A stretch of 64,000 nucleotides of DNA from Escherichia coli (lineage in GTDB: Bacteria; Pseudomonadota; Gammaproteobacteria; Enterobacterales; Enterobacteriaceae): NCBI RefSeq assembly GCF_044324875.1, contig NZ_CP172185.1, one strand, 5' to 3'. Positions 1 through 15,033 of the stretch are shown here, piece after piece. Below the pieces are notes generated by a model, which worked only from the letters and a program-made list of their open reading frames with translations, ran no database searches and had not been told where the DNA came from. A program made the translations under genes and the position numbers. Position 1 is the first letter of the stretch. Each line of letters opens with the position of its first letter.

Positions 1-135
1 TCGTTCGCCAGGCTCCACGCCGCCACCCGAAAGCGCCCATTGACCGGGGAAAACGCCGCGATCGTCGGCCATTTTACACAGCAAATAAGCACCATCATTT
101 TGAATCAAAGGGCATACAATAGTCCGTTGTCGCAC
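1..135 (-). CDS. nudI: Nudix hydrolase NudI (YfaO), N-terminal 45 codons only; gene runs off the window start
   Basis: Reverse-strand translation from GTG at 135-133 gives [45 protein letters not shown], ending in the start of a Nudix box (GGGVEPGER). Position next to yfaZ fits the K-12 order as I recall it. Confidence 0.6.
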   Translation of the reverse strand, partial: MRQRTIVCPLIQNDGAYLLCKMADDRGVFPGQWALSGGGVEPGER

Positions 136-413
136 AGGGGTATTCCTTATAAATAAAAAGAAACCATGAGAATACGGTAACTCAGAAATATGTGAAAGTG
201 ACAGTAATCTCTTTTGCGATGATAACTACATTTATTATTATTTTTGTGTGTATCGATAAAGTGTGTTTATTTTTTCGGCGTTTAATTATTTAAGAAGTAT
301 TTAGTTACAATAAGTGACTAGATCCCTTTTTTCGCTCATTGAATCCTCTGCGCCAGGCAGTACAATCCCGCAGCTTTGGGAATTTTGATTAATTGCTTGT
401 GGGAAAGAGGATA

Positions 414-956
414 ATGAAAAAAATTGCGCTAGCAGGTCTGGCCGGAATGCTGTTGGTTTCTGCATCGGTCAATGCAATGAGCATCAGCGGCCAGGCGGGT
501 AAAGAATACACCAATATTGGTGTCGGTTTTGGGACTGAATCGACGGGCCTGGCGTTAAGCGGTAACTGGACACATAACGACGACGACGGTGATGCCGCGG
601 GCGTGGGGCTGGGGTTGAATCTGCCTCTCGGGCCATTAATGGCGACCGTTGGCGGAAAAGGCGTTTACACCAACCCGAACGATGGTGATGAAGGTTATGC
701 AGCGGCAGTTGGCGGTGGTTTGCAGTGGCAAATTGGTGACAGCTTCCGCTTGTTTGGTGAGTATTACTACTCTCCGGATTCGCTCTCCAGCGGAATTAAA
801 AGTTATGAAGAAGCGAATGCTGGCGCGCGTTACACCATTATGCGTCCAGTCAGCATTGAGGCGGGTTATCGCTACCTGAACCTTTCTGGTAAAGATGGTA
901 ACCGCGACAACGCCGTGGCTGACGGCCCGTATGTGGGGGTTAACGCCAGTTTCTGA
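414..956 (+). CDS. yfaZ: YfaZ family outer-membrane protein (signal peptide, Gly/Tyr-rich beta-barrel-like)
   Basis: ORF 393..956; preferred start is ATG 414 (MKKIALAGLAGMLLVSASVNA), preceded by AAGAGGA. Signal peptide and C-terminal aromatic residue are consistent with an OMP. Confidence 0.75.
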   Translation: MKKIALAGLAGMLLVSASVNAMSISGQAGKEYTNIGVGFGTESTGLALSGNWTHNDDDGDAAGVGLGLNLPLGPLMATVGGKGVYTNPNDGDEGYAAAVGGGLQWQIGDSFRLFGEYYYSPDSLSSGIKSYEEANAGARYTIMRPVSIEAGYRYLNLSGKDGNRDNAVADGPYVGVNASF

Positions 957-1055
957 TCCCTTCCGGCGCGGCATTCTGCCGCGCCATTCAGTTTCTTACT
1001 ACGCCTCATCTCCCTTTGCGTTATAGTGATTCGATAACAAAAGCAGGAGATAACC

Positions 1056-2258
1056 ATGTTAAAAGTGGAAATGCTATCCACCGGGGATGAAGTGTTACAC
1101 GGGCAAATCGTTGACACTAACGCTGTCTGGCTGGCCGATTTTTTCTTTCATCAGGGGTTGCCATTATCTCGCCGCAATACGGTGGGGGATAACCTTGATG
1201 ACTTAGTCACCATTCTTCGCGAACGTAGTCAGCACGCCGATGTGCTGATCGTTAACGGCGGGCTGGGGCCGACCAGTGATGATTTAAGCGCACTCGCCGC
1301 TGCGACAGCAAAAGGTGAAGGCCTGGTGTTGCATGAAGCCTGGCTCAAAGAGATGGAACGCTATTTCCACGAACGTGGACGAGTAATGGCACCGAGCAAC
1401 CGTAAACAAGCGGAGCTACCTGCCAGTGCTGAATTTATCAATAACCCGGTAGGCACCGCCTGTGGTTTTGCCGTGCAGCTTAATCGTTGCCTGATGTTCT
1501 TTACCCCCGGCGTACCGTCAGAATTTAAGGTGATGGTCGAGCACGAAATCCTGCCGCGCCTGCGCGAGCGTTTTTCTTTACCACAGCCGCCGGTTTGTCT
1601 GCGTTTAACTACCTTTGGTCGTTCGGAAAGCGATCTGGCACAAAGCCTGGACACTCTACAACTGCCGCCGGGGGTAACAATGGGCTATCGCTCCTCAATG
1701 CCTATCATCGAACTGAAACTCACCGGACCGGCAAGCGAGCAACAGGCGATGGAAAAACTGTGGCTGGACGTTAAACGTGTTGCCGGACAGAGCGTGATTT
1801 TCGAAGGCACCGAAGGACTGCCCGCGCAGATCAGTCGCGAATTGCAAAACCGCCAGTTCAGCCTGACGTTGAGCGAGCAATTCACCGGCGGTTTATTGGC
1901 TTTGCAACTTTCTCGCGCAGGTGCTCCATTGCTGGCGTGTGAAGTGGTTCCTTCACAGGAAGAAACCCTGGCGCAAACGGCGCACTGGATTACAGAACGG
2001 CGGGCCAACCATTTTGCCGGGCTGGCACTGGCTGTTTCTGGTTTCGAGAACGAACATCTCAACTTTGCGCTAGCCACGCCAGACGGCACTTTCGCTCTGC
2101 GTGTGCGTTTCAGCACTACGCGCTACAGCCTGGCTATCCGTCAGGAAGTGTGCGCAATGATGGCACTGAATATGCTGCGCCGTTGGTTAAACGGCCAGGA
2201 CATCGCCAGTGAGCATGGCTGGATTGAGGTTGTTGAGTCCATGACCTTATCTGTCTGA
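1056..2258 (+). CDS. yfaY: CinA-family protein YfaY (MoCF-binding N-domain plus CinA C-domain)
   Basis: 400-aa ORF with AGGAG SD; N-terminus MLKVEMLSTGDEVLHGQIVDTNA is the classic CinA start; hairpin terminator follows at about 2268-2292. Confidence 0.85.
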   Translation: MLKVEMLSTGDEVLHGQIVDTNAVWLADFFFHQGLPLSRRNTVGDNLDDLVTILRERSQHADVLIVNGGLGPTSDDLSALAAATAKGEGLVLHEAWLKEMERYFHERGRVMAPSNRKQAELPASAEFINNPVGTACGFAVQLNRCLMFFTPGVPSEFKVMVEHEILPRLRERFSLPQPPVCLRLTTFGRSESDLAQSLDTLQLPPGVTMGYRSSMPIIELKLTGPASEQQAMEKLWLDVKRVAGQSVIFEGTEGLPAQISRELQNRQFSLTLSEQFTGGLLALQLSRAGAPLLACEVVPSQEETLAQTAHWITERRANHFAGLALAVSGFENEHLNFALATPDGTFALRVRFSTTRYSLAIRQEVCAMMALNMLRRWLNGQDIASEHGWIEVVESMTLSV

Positions 2259-2477
2259 TTCCGCCACTCTGTGCCGGTTTACTGCACCGGCACATCCCCC
2301 CTCCGGCAAAATTTGTCCAACCTGTTGTACTCAATAAGAAAAAATCCGTGCGCTAATTCACAAATTTGTGCGTAATTTCTCCAGTCCGCTGGACGAGGAG
2401 CGGGATTTGATGCGCTTCACAATTTTACTCCCCCTGAGCAACGAGACTGATTCCAGTATCTAAGACTGGAGTCCAGT

Positions 2478-3260
2478 ATGTTGGAATCAAGCAAAGTTCC
2501 CGCCCTAACACGGGCTATTGATATTCTCAATTTGATTGCCCGCATTGGCCCCTGTAGTGCTGCGACGATCATTGACACATTGGGGATCCCTAAAAGCACG
2601 GCCTATTTGCTGCTTAATGAACTCAGGCGTCAGCGTTTTCTTAGCCTTGATCACCAGGAAAATTTTTGTTTGTGGACCAAGCTGGTGGAGCTTTCCGGTC
2701 ATGCGTTAAGCAAGATGGATCTCCGGGAACTGGCTCGACCGCGTTTGACGCAACTGATGGATACCACCGGGCTGTTATGTCACCTGGGGATTATTGATAA
2801 CGGCAGCGCTTATTACATTTTGAAAGTGGAGTCATCAGCCACTATCAGCGTGCGTTCCCATGAAGGAAAAAGCCTTTCGCTTTATCGCTCCGGAATAGGT
2901 AAATGCCTGCTTGCCTGGCAACCTGCAGCTGTACAGCAAAGTATTATCGAAGGGCTGGTCTGGGAGCAGGCGACACCCACAACGATTACTCATCCACAGC
3001 AACTTCACGAAGAACTGGCGCGTATTCGCCGTCAGGGCTGGAGTTATGACAACGGCGAAGATTATGCTGATGTCCGTTGTGTCTCAGCGCCGGTGTTTAA
3101 CGCCAATAACGAGCTTACCGCTGCGATTTCGGTGGTCGGTACCCGCTTACAAATCAATGAAGAATACCGTGATTATCTGGCGGGCAAGGCCATTGCCTGC
3201 GCCAGGGATATTTCACGTCTGTTGGGATGGAAAAGTCCCTTTGACTTACAGGCCTCATAA
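2478..3260 (+). CDS. rhmR: IclR-family transcriptional regulator of the rhamnonate operon
   Basis: 260-aa ORF with N-terminal HTH ([13 protein letters not shown]...) and C-terminal IclR effector domain; sits directly upstream of rhmD-rhmT-rhmA. Confidence 0.85.
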   Translation: MLESSKVPALTRAIDILNLIARIGPCSAATIIDTLGIPKSTAYLLLNELRRQRFLSLDHQENFCLWTKLVELSGHALSKMDLRELARPRLTQLMDTTGLLCHLGIIDNGSAYYILKVESSATISVRSHEGKSLSLYRSGIGKCLLAWQPAAVQQSIIEGLVWEQATPTTITHPQQLHEELARIRRQGWSYDNGEDYADVRCVSAPVFNANNELTAAISVVGTRLQINEEYRDYLAGKAIACARDISRLLGWKSPFDLQAS

Positions 3261-3274
3261 CAATGGAGAACATT

Positions 3275-4480
3275 ATGACCCTACCAAAAATCAAACAGGT
3301 TCGCGCCTGGTTTACTGGCGGTGCGACAGCAGAAAAAGGCGCTGGCGGCGGTGATTATCACGACCAGGGGGCAAATCACTGGATTGATGATCATATTGCC
3401 ACCCCGATGAGTAAATACCGCGATTACGAGCAGTCACGCCAGTCATTTGGCATTAACGTTCTTGGCACGTTGATTGTTGAAGTCGAAGCAGAAAACGGCC
3501 AGACCGGATTCGCCGTTTCGACAGCCGGTGAAATGGGCTGTTTTATTGTCGAAAAACATCTTAACCGTTTCATTGAGGGTAAATGCGTCAGTGATATCAA
3601 ACTGATCCACGATCAAATGCTCAATGCCACCCTGTATTACTCCGGCTCTGGTGGCCTGGTGATGAATACGATTTCCTGTGTCGATCTGGCTCTGTGGGAT
3701 CTGTTCGGCAAAGTGGTCGGGCTTCCGGTTTATAAACTTTTAGGCGGCGCAGTTCGTGATGAGATTCAGTTCTACGCCACAGGTGCGCGTCCGGATCTGG
3801 CAAAAGAGATGGGCTTTATCGGTGGCAAAATGCCGACGCACTGGGGGCCACATGATGGCGATGCGGGGATCCGCAAAGATGCCGCTATGGTCGCGGATAT
3901 GCGTGAAAAATGCGGTGAGGATTTCTGGTTAATGCTCGACTGCTGGATGAGTCAGGACGTGAACTATGCCACCAAACTGGCCCACGCTTGCGCGCCCTAT
4001 AACCTGAAATGGATCGAAGAGTGCCTGCCGCCACAGCAGTATGAAGGTTATCGCGAACTGAAACGCAACGCGCCAGTCGGAATGATGGTCACCAGCGGTG
4101 AGCATCACGGCACACTGCAATCTTTCCGTACGCTTTCAGAAACCGGTATCGACATTATGCAGCCGGATGTTGGCTGGTGCGGTGGCTTAACCACGCTGGT
4201 GGAAATTGCCGCAATCGCCAAATCCAGAGGGCAACTGGTGGTGCCGCACGGTTCGTCTGTTTACTCTCACCATGCGGTGATCACCTTCACCAATACGCCA
4301 TTCAGCGAATTCCTGATGACCAGCCCGGATTGTTCAACGATGCGTCCGCAATTTGATCCGATTCTGCTTAATGAGCCAGTGCCGGTGAATGGTCGTATTC
4401 ATAAATCAGTGCTTGATAAACCCGGTTTCGGCGTCGAACTCAATCGTGACTGCAATTTGAAACGCCCCTACAGCCACTAA
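3275..4480 (+). CDS. rhmD: L-rhamnonate dehydratase (enolase superfamily)
   Basis: ORF 3263..4480; start chosen at ATG 3275 ([13 protein letters not shown]) with GGAGA SD. Enolase-superfamily features throughout. Confidence 0.85.
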   Translation: MTLPKIKQVRAWFTGGATAEKGAGGGDYHDQGANHWIDDHIATPMSKYRDYEQSRQSFGINVLGTLIVEVEAENGQTGFAVSTAGEMGCFIVEKHLNRFIEGKCVSDIKLIHDQMLNATLYYSGSGGLVMNTISCVDLALWDLFGKVVGLPVYKLLGGAVRDEIQFYATGARPDLAKEMGFIGGKMPTHWGPHDGDAGIRKDAAMVADMREKCGEDFWLMLDCWMSQDVNYATKLAHACAPYNLKWIEECLPPQQYEGYRELKRNAPVGMMVTSGEHHGTLQSFRTLSETGIDIMQPDVGWCGGLTTLVEIAAIAKSRGQLVVPHGSSVYSHHAVITFTNTPFSEFLMTSPDCSTMRPQFDPILLNEPVPVNGRIHKSVLDKPGFGVELNRDCNLKRPYSH

Positions 4481-4536
4481 TCACTCCGGGCGTTGCTGTG
4501 ACAACGGTAACGCCCACATATTCTAAGGAGCTTTTT

Positions 4537-5826
4537 ATGAGCACCGCTTTGCTTGACGCCGTGGTGAAGAAAAACCGCGCGCGTTTAATTCCGTTTATGT
4601 TGGCGCTTTATGTGCTGGCGTTTCTCGACCGTTCGAATATTGGTTTTGCCAAACAGACCTACCAGATTGATACCGGGCTGAGTAATGAAGCTTATGCGCT
4701 GGGAGCAGGCATTTTCTTTGTGGTATACGCGTTTCTGGGGGTTCCGGCGAATCTTTTGATGCGCAAACTGGGGGCCAGAACCTGGATTGGTACGACAACA
4801 CTGCTGTGGGGATTTCTTTCGGCAGCCATGGCATGGGCCGATACTGAAGCGAAATTTCTGATCGTTCGCACTCTGCTTGGTGCTGCGGAGGCCGGGTTTT
4901 TCCCTGGTATGATTTATCTCACCTCGCAATGGTTTCCGCAGCGTAATCGCGCCAGCATTATGGGGTTGTTCTATATGGGCGCACCGCTGGCGTTAACACT
5001 GGGATCACCGCTTTCCGGCGCGCTGCTGGAGATGCATGGATTTATGGGGCATCCCGGCTGGTTCTGGATGTTTGTGATTGAAGGATTGCTGGCAGTCGGC
5101 GCTGGGGTATTCACATTCTTTTGGCTTGATGACACACCGGAGCAGGCACGTTTTCTGAGTAAACAAGAAAAAACGTTGCTTATCAATCAACTGGCAAGTG
5201 AAGAACAACAGAAAGTGACTTCTCGATTGAGCGATGCGCTGCGTAATGGCCGAGTCTGGCAACTGGCGATTATCTACCTGACCATTCAGGTGGCGGTTTA
5301 CGGATTAATTTTCTTCCTGCCGACGCAGGTTGCTGCATTGTTGGGGACAAAAGTGGGCTTTACGGCGTCGGTGGTCACCGCCATTCCGTGGGTCGCGGCC
5401 TTGTTTGGGACCTGGCTTATTCCGCGCTATTCCGATAAAACCGGCGAACGGCGTAATGTCGCGGCGCTGACATTACTGGCGGCGGGCATTGGTATTGGTC
5501 TCTCCGGGCTGCTTTCTCCAGTACTGGCGATCGTAGCGCTGTGTGTTGCAGCCATCGGGTTTATTGCCGTGCAGCCGGTGTTCTGGACGATGCCGACACA
5601 ACTGCTTTCCGGTACGGCGCTGGCGGCGGGGATTGGTTTTGTAAACCTGTTTGGTGCAGTGGGCGGGTTTATTGCCCCGATCCTGCGCGTGAAAGCAGAA
5701 ACGTTGTTTGCCAGCGATGCGGCGGGATTACTGACGCTGGCAGCGGTGGCGGTCATCGGTTCGCTGATTATTTTCACTCTGCGTTTAAATCGCACTGTTG
5801 CGCAGACCGACGTGGCACATCATTAA
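4537..5826 (+). CDS. rhmT: MFS transporter, putative L-rhamnonate permease
   Basis: ORF 4498..5826; start chosen at ATG 4537 ([12 protein letters not shown]) after AAGGAG; multiple hydrophobic spans and MFS-like motifs. Confidence 0.85.
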   Translation: MSTALLDAVVKKNRARLIPFMLALYVLAFLDRSNIGFAKQTYQIDTGLSNEAYALGAGIFFVVYAFLGVPANLLMRKLGARTWIGTTTLLWGFLSAAMAWADTEAKFLIVRTLLGAAEAGFFPGMIYLTSQWFPQRNRASIMGLFYMGAPLALTLGSPLSGALLEMHGFMGHPGWFWMFVIEGLLAVGAGVFTFFWLDDTPEQARFLSKQEKTLLINQLASEEQQKVTSRLSDALRNGRVWQLAIIYLTIQVAVYGLIFFLPTQVAALLGTKVGFTASVVTAIPWVAALFGTWLIPRYSDKTGERRNVAALTLLAAGIGIGLSGLLSPVLAIVALCVAAIGFIAVQPVFWTMPTQLLSGTALAAGIGFVNLFGAVGGFIAPILRVKAETLFASDAAGLLTLAAVAVIGSLIIFTLRLNRTVAQTDVAHH

Positions 5827-5842
5827 TAGGTTAAGGAACACC

Positions 5843-6646
5843 ATGAACGCATTATTAACCAATCCCTTTAAAGAACGTTTACGCAAGGGCGAAGTGCAAA
5901 TTGGTCTGTGGTTAAGCTCGACTACTTCTTATATGGCAGAAATTGCCGCCACCTCCGGTTATGACTGGTTGCTGATTGACGGGGAGCACGCGCCAAACAC
6001 CATTCAGGATCTTTATCACCAGCTACAGGCGGTAGCGCCCTATGCCAGCCAACCCGTGATCCGTCCGGTGGAAGGCAGTAAGTCGCTGATTAAACAAGTC
6101 CTGGATATTGGCGCGCAAACTCTACTGATCCCGATGGTCGATACTGCCGATCAGGCACGTCAGGTGGTGTCTGCCACGCGCTATCCTCCCTACGGTGAGC
6201 GTGGTGTCGGGGCCAGTGTGGCACGGGCTGCGCGCTGGGGACGCATTGAGAATTACATGGCGCAAGTCAACGATTCGCTTTGTCTGTTGGTGCAGGTGGA
6301 AAGTAAAACAGCACTGGATAACCTGGACGAAATCCTCGACGTTGAAGGGATTGACGGCGTGTTTATTGGACCTGCGGATCTTTCTGCCTCGTTGGGCTAC
6401 CCGGATAACGCCGGGCACCCGGAAGTGCAGCGAATTATTGAAACCAGCATTCGGCGGATCCGTGCTGCGGGTAAAGCGGCTGGTTTTCTGGCTGTGGCTC
6501 CTGATATGGCGCAGCAATGCCTGGCGTGGGGAGCGAACTTTGTCGCTGTTGGCGTTGACACGATGCTCTACAGCGATGCCCTGGATCAACGACTGGCGAT
6601 GTTTAAATCAGGCAAAAATGGGCCACGCATAAAAGGTAGTTATTGA
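5843..6646 (+). CDS. rhmA: 2-keto-3-deoxy-L-rhamnonate aldolase (HpcH/HpaI family)
   Basis: ORF 5798..6646; start at ATG 5843 ([13 protein letters not shown]) after AAGGA; HpcH/HpaI aldolase-like sequence. Confidence 0.85.
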   Translation: MNALLTNPFKERLRKGEVQIGLWLSSTTSYMAEIAATSGYDWLLIDGEHAPNTIQDLYHQLQAVAPYASQPVIRPVEGSKSLIKQVLDIGAQTLLIPMVDTADQARQVVSATRYPPYGERGVGASVARAARWGRIENYMAQVNDSLCLLVQVESKTALDNLDEILDVEGIDGVFIGPADLSASLGYPDNAGHPEVQRIIETSIRRIRAAGKAAGFLAVAPDMAQQCLAWGANFVAVGVDTMLYSDALDQRLAMFKSGKNGPRIKGSY

Positions 6647-6652
6647 TATCAA

Positions 6653-6680
6653 AGGCCCATGGGGATCGGCTGTGGGCCTG
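6653..6680. terminator. Bidirectional hairpin between convergent rhmA (+) and ypaA (-)
   Basis: aggcccatggggatcggctgtgggcct is a GC-rich inverted repeat lying between the two stop codons. Confidence 0.5.
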
Positions 6681-6686
6681 TGTTAA

Positions 6687-6872
6687 TTAGTGGTTATTCG
6701 CTGCCAGGTCGGCTTCGCTTAGCTGGGTGGCTGCGAGCACCAGGTCACGATCAATGCCCTGTTCCAGCATGCGCAAAGCAATTTTAATGGCTTGTTCATG
6801 CATGCCTTCTAATTTACCCTCCTGCCAGCCAATTTGATGTCCTTCCTGCCGTAGCCGTTCAGCAATAGTCAT
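6687..6872 (-). CDS. ypaA: Small protein duplicating the C-terminal tail module of RpnE
   Basis: 61-aa [42 protein letters not shown]..., nearly identical to the last ~76 aa of the upstream rpnE product; own SD AAGGAGAG before the ATG; DNA duplication visible (6830-6890 vs 7079-7130). Confidence 0.7.
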   Translation of the reverse strand: MTIAERLRQEGHQIGWQEGKLEGMHEQAIKIALRMLEQGIDRDLVLAATQLSEADLAANNH

Positions 6873-6884
6873 TAATCTCTCCTT

Positions 6885-7844
6885 TTAATGACCGTTCGGA
6901 ATATCAGCATCAGTGAGTTGGGTTGTCGCCAGCACAATCTTACGTTCAAAGCCCTGTTCCAGCATGCGCAAGGCAATTTTAATGGCTTGTTCATGCATAC
7001 CTTCTACTTTGCCTTTCTGCAACCCCTCCAATTTCCCCTCCTGCCAACCTTCAATTTTACCTTCCTGCCAGCCAATTTGATGTCCTTCCTGCCGCAGCCG
7101 TTCAGCAATAGTCATTAATCTCTCCTTTTGTAGTGGTGAACGTTCGGCAATCTCCTCAATAAAACGGGTGAAACGGGAGGTATCGCCGCATTGCAGCAGA
7201 TAATTAAACAGCGTTTGTAGCTGGCTGTCATTAGTGAAGCCTCTAACCAAAAGCGTGGTGATCCTGTCGACCATACCGATTAAATCGCGGTCGCGAATAT
7301 GCTTTTGAATCAGTTCAAGCAGAGCTATACGCCGATGTTGCATGATCTCATCGTCAGGTACGATGGTGATATCCACCAACGGAAAAGCTTCGGTGTACAA
7401 CTGCCGGGCAAGTTGCGGATCGTCAAACTCATCCAGCCAGTTGAGTGAGTACGGGTAGGGCGAGGTTTCGCCATGATAAAACAGCAATGGTACCACCAGC
7501 GGGACTCTGTCATAGCCTTTGTCCAGATGACGTTGCATGGCGGCAGTGGCATAGCGCATTAGCCGAAAGGCCATATTCTTTTCCGCGGAACTTTGATGTT
7601 CAATCACGCAGTAGATATACCCGTCACCGTCGCTGGTTTCCACCGACCACAAAACATCCGAGTAGTAAGCGCGTAAACTTTTTTCAATAAAGCTGGTGGG
7701 TTCCAGGCGTAAGGTTTGCAGGTTGCAAAGCTTGCGCAGCGGCTCTGGCAGATGTATTTCGAGAAAATCCCGTGCGGTTTCGGGTGTGAACATAAAGGTT
7801 TTAAACACCGCATCATGCGGGGAGGAGGTTGTTGATTCGGTCAT
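6885..7844 (-). CDS. rpnE: Rpn (YhgA-like, PD-(D/E)XK) recombination-promoting nuclease family protein
   Basis: 319-aa ORF; N-terminus and overall sequence resemble the YhgA-like/transposase_31 family (yfaD in K-12 nomenclature); C-terminus has QEGKxEG repeats and a helical tail. Confidence 0.8.
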   Translation of the reverse strand: MTESTTSSPHDAVFKTFMFTPETARDFLEIHLPEPLRKLCNLQTLRLEPTSFIEKSLRAYYSDVLWSVETSDGDGYIYCVIEHQSSAEKNMAFRLMRYATAAMQRHLDKGYDRVPLVVPLLFYHGETSPYPYSLNWLDEFDDPQLARQLYTEAFPLVDITIVPDDEIMQHRRIALLELIQKHIRDRDLIGMVDRITTLLVRGFTNDSQLQTLFNYLLQCGDTSRFTRFIEEIAERSPLQKERLMTIAERLRQEGHQIGWQEGKIEGWQEGKLEGLQKGKVEGMHEQAIKIALRMLEQGFERKIVLATTQLTDADIPNGH

Positions 7845-8036
7845 GGTTGTCCGTCACCTGATATTTATGATGACGCGACATTACGGTTATCCCAGACCTT
7901 TGACATCTGCCAGTTTCAGCCTTTGCGAGACGTTTTCAGAGGAATTTTCACTGCGTTGCAACGTATACATTGAGCGCGGAATCATGCACGCAAAAATGCC
8001 CGGTAACAACATGCTTACCGGGCATCAGATGGGAGT

Positions 8037-12101
<4,065 letters not shown>

Positions 12102-12244
12102 TGTTATCCCTCTGAAGTTCGTTTTTTACCATTTAGCCATAGTAAAAACATGAATTGTTTGATTTCGCGCATATTCGCTCATAATTCGAAAGTGAAACGT
12201 GATTTCATGCGTCATTATGAACATTTAACCCATCGTATTTAATA

Positions 12245-12266
12245 ATGTGTGCGGTAATTCACATTT
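12245..12266. promoter_or_regulatory. CRP-binding site in the glpA/glpT divergent control region
   Basis: tgtgcggtaattcaca matches TGTGA-N6-TCACA; sits in the 272-bp AT-rich region between the divergent glpACB and glpTQ operons, which also holds ATGAACAT-like GlpR half-sites. Confidence 0.6.
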
Positions 12267-12373
12267 AATTTATGAATGTTTTCTTAACATCGCGGCAACT
12301 CAAGAAACGGCAGGTTCTCCCACTGAATCAGGCTGTTAATCATAAATAAGACCACGGGCCACGGAGGCTATCA

Positions 12374-13732
12374 ATGTTGAGTGTTTTTAAACCAGCGCCA
12401 CACAAAGCGCGCTTACCTGCCGCGGAGATCGATCCGACTTATCGTCGATTGCGCTGGCAAATTTTCCTGGGGATATTCTTTGGTTATGCTGCTTACTATT
12501 TGGTTCGTAAGAACTTTGCCCTCGCTATGCCTTATCTGGTTGAGCAGGGCTTCTCACGCGGTGATTTAGGTTTTGCCCTTTCGGGGATCTCAATTGCTTA
12601 TGGATTTTCGAAATTCATCATGGGCTCGGTGTCGGATCGATCGAATCCGCGCGTTTTCCTGCCCGCAGGTTTGATTCTGGCGGCGGCAGTGATGTTGTTT
12701 ATGGGCTTTGTGCCGTGGGCGACGTCGAGCATCGCGGTGATGTTTGTACTGTTGTTCCTCTGCGGTTGGTTCCAGGGGATGGGGTGGCCGCCGTGTGGTC
12801 GTACTATGGTGCACTGGTGGTCGCAGAAAGAACGTGGCGGCATTGTGTCAGTGTGGAACTGTGCACACAACGTCGGTGGTGGTATTCCGCCGCTGCTGTT
12901 CCTGCTGGGGATGGCCTGGTTCAATGACTGGCACGCGGCGCTCTATATGCCCGCTTTCTGCGCCATTCTGGTGGCACTGTTCGCCTTTGCGATGATGCGC
13001 GATACCCCGCAATCTTGTGGCCTGCCGCCGATCGAAGAGTACAAAAATGATTATCCGGACGACTATAACGAAAAAGCGGAACAGGAGCTGACTGCGAAGC
13101 AAATCTTCATGCAGTACGTGCTGCCGAACAAACTGCTGTGGTACATCGCTATCGCCAACGTGTTCGTTTATCTGCTGCGTTACGGCATCCTCGACTGGTC
13201 ACCGACTTATCTGAAAGAGGTGAAACACTTCGCGCTGGATAAATCCTCCTGGGCCTACTTCTTCTATGAGTATGCGGGCATTCCGGGCACCCTGCTGTGC
13301 GGCTGGATGTCGGATAAAGTCTTCCGTGGCAACCGTGGGGCCACCGGCGTCTTCTTTATGACACTGGTGACCATCGCGACTATCGTTTACTGGATGAACC
13401 CGGCAGGTAACCCAACCGTAGATATGATTTGTATGATTGTTATCGGCTTCCTGATCTACGGCCCTGTGATGCTGATCGGTCTGCATGCGCTGGAACTGGC
13501 ACCGAAAAAAGCGGCAGGTACGGCAGCGGGCTTTACCGGGCTGTTTGGTTACCTGGGCGGTTCGGTGGCGGCGAGCGCGATTGTTGGCTACACCGTGGAC
13601 TTCTTCGGCTGGGATGGCGGCTTTATGGTAATGATTGGCGGCAGCATTCTCGCGGTTATCTTGTTGATTGTTGTGATGATTGGCGAAAAACGTCGCCATC
13701 AGGAATTACTGCAAAAACGCAACGGAGGCTAA
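12374..13732 (+). CDS. glpT: Glycerol-3-phosphate:phosphate antiporter (MFS)
   Basis: 452-aa [34 protein letters not shown]...; 12 hydrophobic spans. Confidence 0.9.
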   Translation: MLSVFKPAPHKARLPAAEIDPTYRRLRWQIFLGIFFGYAAYYLVRKNFALAMPYLVEQGFSRGDLGFALSGISIAYGFSKFIMGSVSDRSNPRVFLPAGLILAAAVMLFMGFVPWATSSIAVMFVLLFLCGWFQGMGWPPCGRTMVHWWSQKERGGIVSVWNCAHNVGGGIPPLLFLLGMAWFNDWHAALYMPAFCAILVALFAFAMMRDTPQSCGLPPIEEYKNDYPDDYNEKAEQELTAKQIFMQYVLPNKLLWYIAIANVFVYLLRYGILDWSPTYLKEVKHFALDKSSWAYFFYEYAGIPGTLLCGWMSDKVFRGNRGATGVFFMTLVTIATIVYWMNPAGNPTVDMICMIVIGFLIYGPVMLIGLHALELAPKKAAGTAAGFTGLFGYLGGSVAASAIVGYTVDFFGWDGGFMVMIGGSILAVILLIVVMIGEKRRHQELLQKRNGG

Positions 13733-13736
13733 TGGC

Positions 13737-14813
13737 ATGAAATTGACGCTAAAAAACCTTAGCATGGCGATCATGATGAGTGGAATGATCATGGGAAGCA
13801 GTGCAATGGCGGCGGATAGCAACGAAAAAATAGTCATCGCCCATCGCGGTGCCAGTGGATATTTGCCGGAGCATACGCTGCCAGCAAAAGCGATGGCGTA
13901 TGCGCAGGGAGCGGATTATCTGGAACAAGATTTGGTGATGACCAAAGACGACCATCTGGTTGTCCTGCATGACCATTATCTCGATCGTGTTACTGATGTT
14001 GCCGATCGTTTCCCGGATCGGGCGCGCAAAGACGGTCGTTACTACGCGATAGATTTCACGCTCGATGAAATTAAGTCACTGAAATTTACCGAAGGTTTCG
14101 ATATTGAAAACGGTAAGAAAGTACAGACTTATCCGGGGCGTTTCCCGATGGGTAAATCTGACTTCCGGGTACACACTTTCGAAGAAGAGATTGAATTTGT
14201 TCAGGGGTTAAATCACTCTACCGGGAAAAATATCGGTATCTATCCAGAAATTAAAGCGCCGTGGTTCCATCATCAGGAAGGGAAGGATATTGCGGCAAAA
14301 ACGCTGGAAGTGCTGAAGAAATATGGTTACACCGATAAGGACGACAAAGTTTATTTGCAATGTTTTGATGCCGATGAACTGAAGCGTATTAAGAATGAGC
14401 TGGAACCTAAAATGGGCATGGACCTCAATCTGGTACAGCTGATTGCCTATACCGACTGGAATGAAACGCAGCAGAAACAGCCGGACGGAAGCTGGATTAA
14501 TTACAACTACGACTGGATGTTTAAGCCGGGAGCCATGAAACAGGTGGCGGAATATGCAGATGGTATTGGTCCGGATTACCATATGTTGATTGAGGAGACA
14601 TCGCAGCCGGGTAATATCAAACTCACTGGCATGGTGCAAGATGCTCAGCAGAACAAGCTGGCAGTGCATCCTTATACCGTGCGGTCAGATAAACTGCCTG
14701 AATACACTACTGATGTGAATCAGTTATATGATGCTCTGTATAACAAAGCGGGTGTAAATGGGCTGTTTACTGATTTCCCTGATAAGGCAGTAAAATTCCT
14801 TAATAAAGAGTAA
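13737..14813 (+). CDS. glpQ: Periplasmic glycerophosphodiester phosphodiesterase
   Basis: ORF 13680..14813; start chosen at ATG 13737 (MKLTLKNLSMAIMM...SSAMA signal peptide), 5 nt after the glpT stop with GGAGG SD; HRG catalytic motif (IAHRGASG). Confidence 0.9.
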   Translation: MKLTLKNLSMAIMMSGMIMGSSAMAADSNEKIVIAHRGASGYLPEHTLPAKAMAYAQGADYLEQDLVMTKDDHLVVLHDHYLDRVTDVADRFPDRARKDGRYYAIDFTLDEIKSLKFTEGFDIENGKKVQTYPGRFPMGKSDFRVHTFEEEIEFVQGLNHSTGKNIGIYPEIKAPWFHHQEGKDIAAKTLEVLKKYGYTDKDDKVYLQCFDADELKRIKNELEPKMGMDLNLVQLIAYTDWNETQQKQPDGSWINYNYDWMFKPGAMKQVAEYADGIGPDYHMLIEETSQPGNIKLTGMVQDAQQNKLAVHPYTVRSDKLPEYTTDVNQLYDALYNKAGVNGLFTDFPDKAVKFLNKE

Positions 14814-14822
14814 TGCTATTGC

Positions 14823-14847
14823 AGGATGGCGTTCATGCGCCATCCTC
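14823..14847 (+). terminator. Hairpin downstream of glpQ
   Basis: aggatggcg-ttcat-gcgccatcct inverted repeat immediately after the glpQ stop. Confidence 0.45.
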
Positions 14848-15033
14848 TGCTAAAGCGAAATAATGCTACTTCCGGTTGTTCTATTCATTAACCGGTGCAT
14901 CCTGTTAAAAAAGATGCCAACATATTTGCGTAAAACTCATTCGTTAAGAAAGCTAACACTGGGCATTGTTATTCCTTAAACAGTATGAATTGGGTTCAAT
15001 AATAAATTGTATTGCAGTTTATACTGTAAAGTA

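Noticed and set aside
2911-3354. 147-aa plus-strand ORF spanning the rhmR/rhmD junction
   Set aside because: Out of frame with, and overlapping, two well-supported genes; Arg/Trp-rich low-complexity product typical of an off-frame read.
6885-7844. Possible IS element or transposase (rpnE belongs to a family sometimes annotated as transposase_31)
   Set aside because: No terminal inverted repeats, target-site duplication or DDE motif seen; the gene is a chromosomal Rpn-family nuclease, not an insertion sequence.
12590-13102. Several 70-110-aa ORFs on both strands inside glpT
   Set aside because: All overlap the glpT coding sequence with His/Arg/Pro-rich products and no SD; off-frame artefacts.
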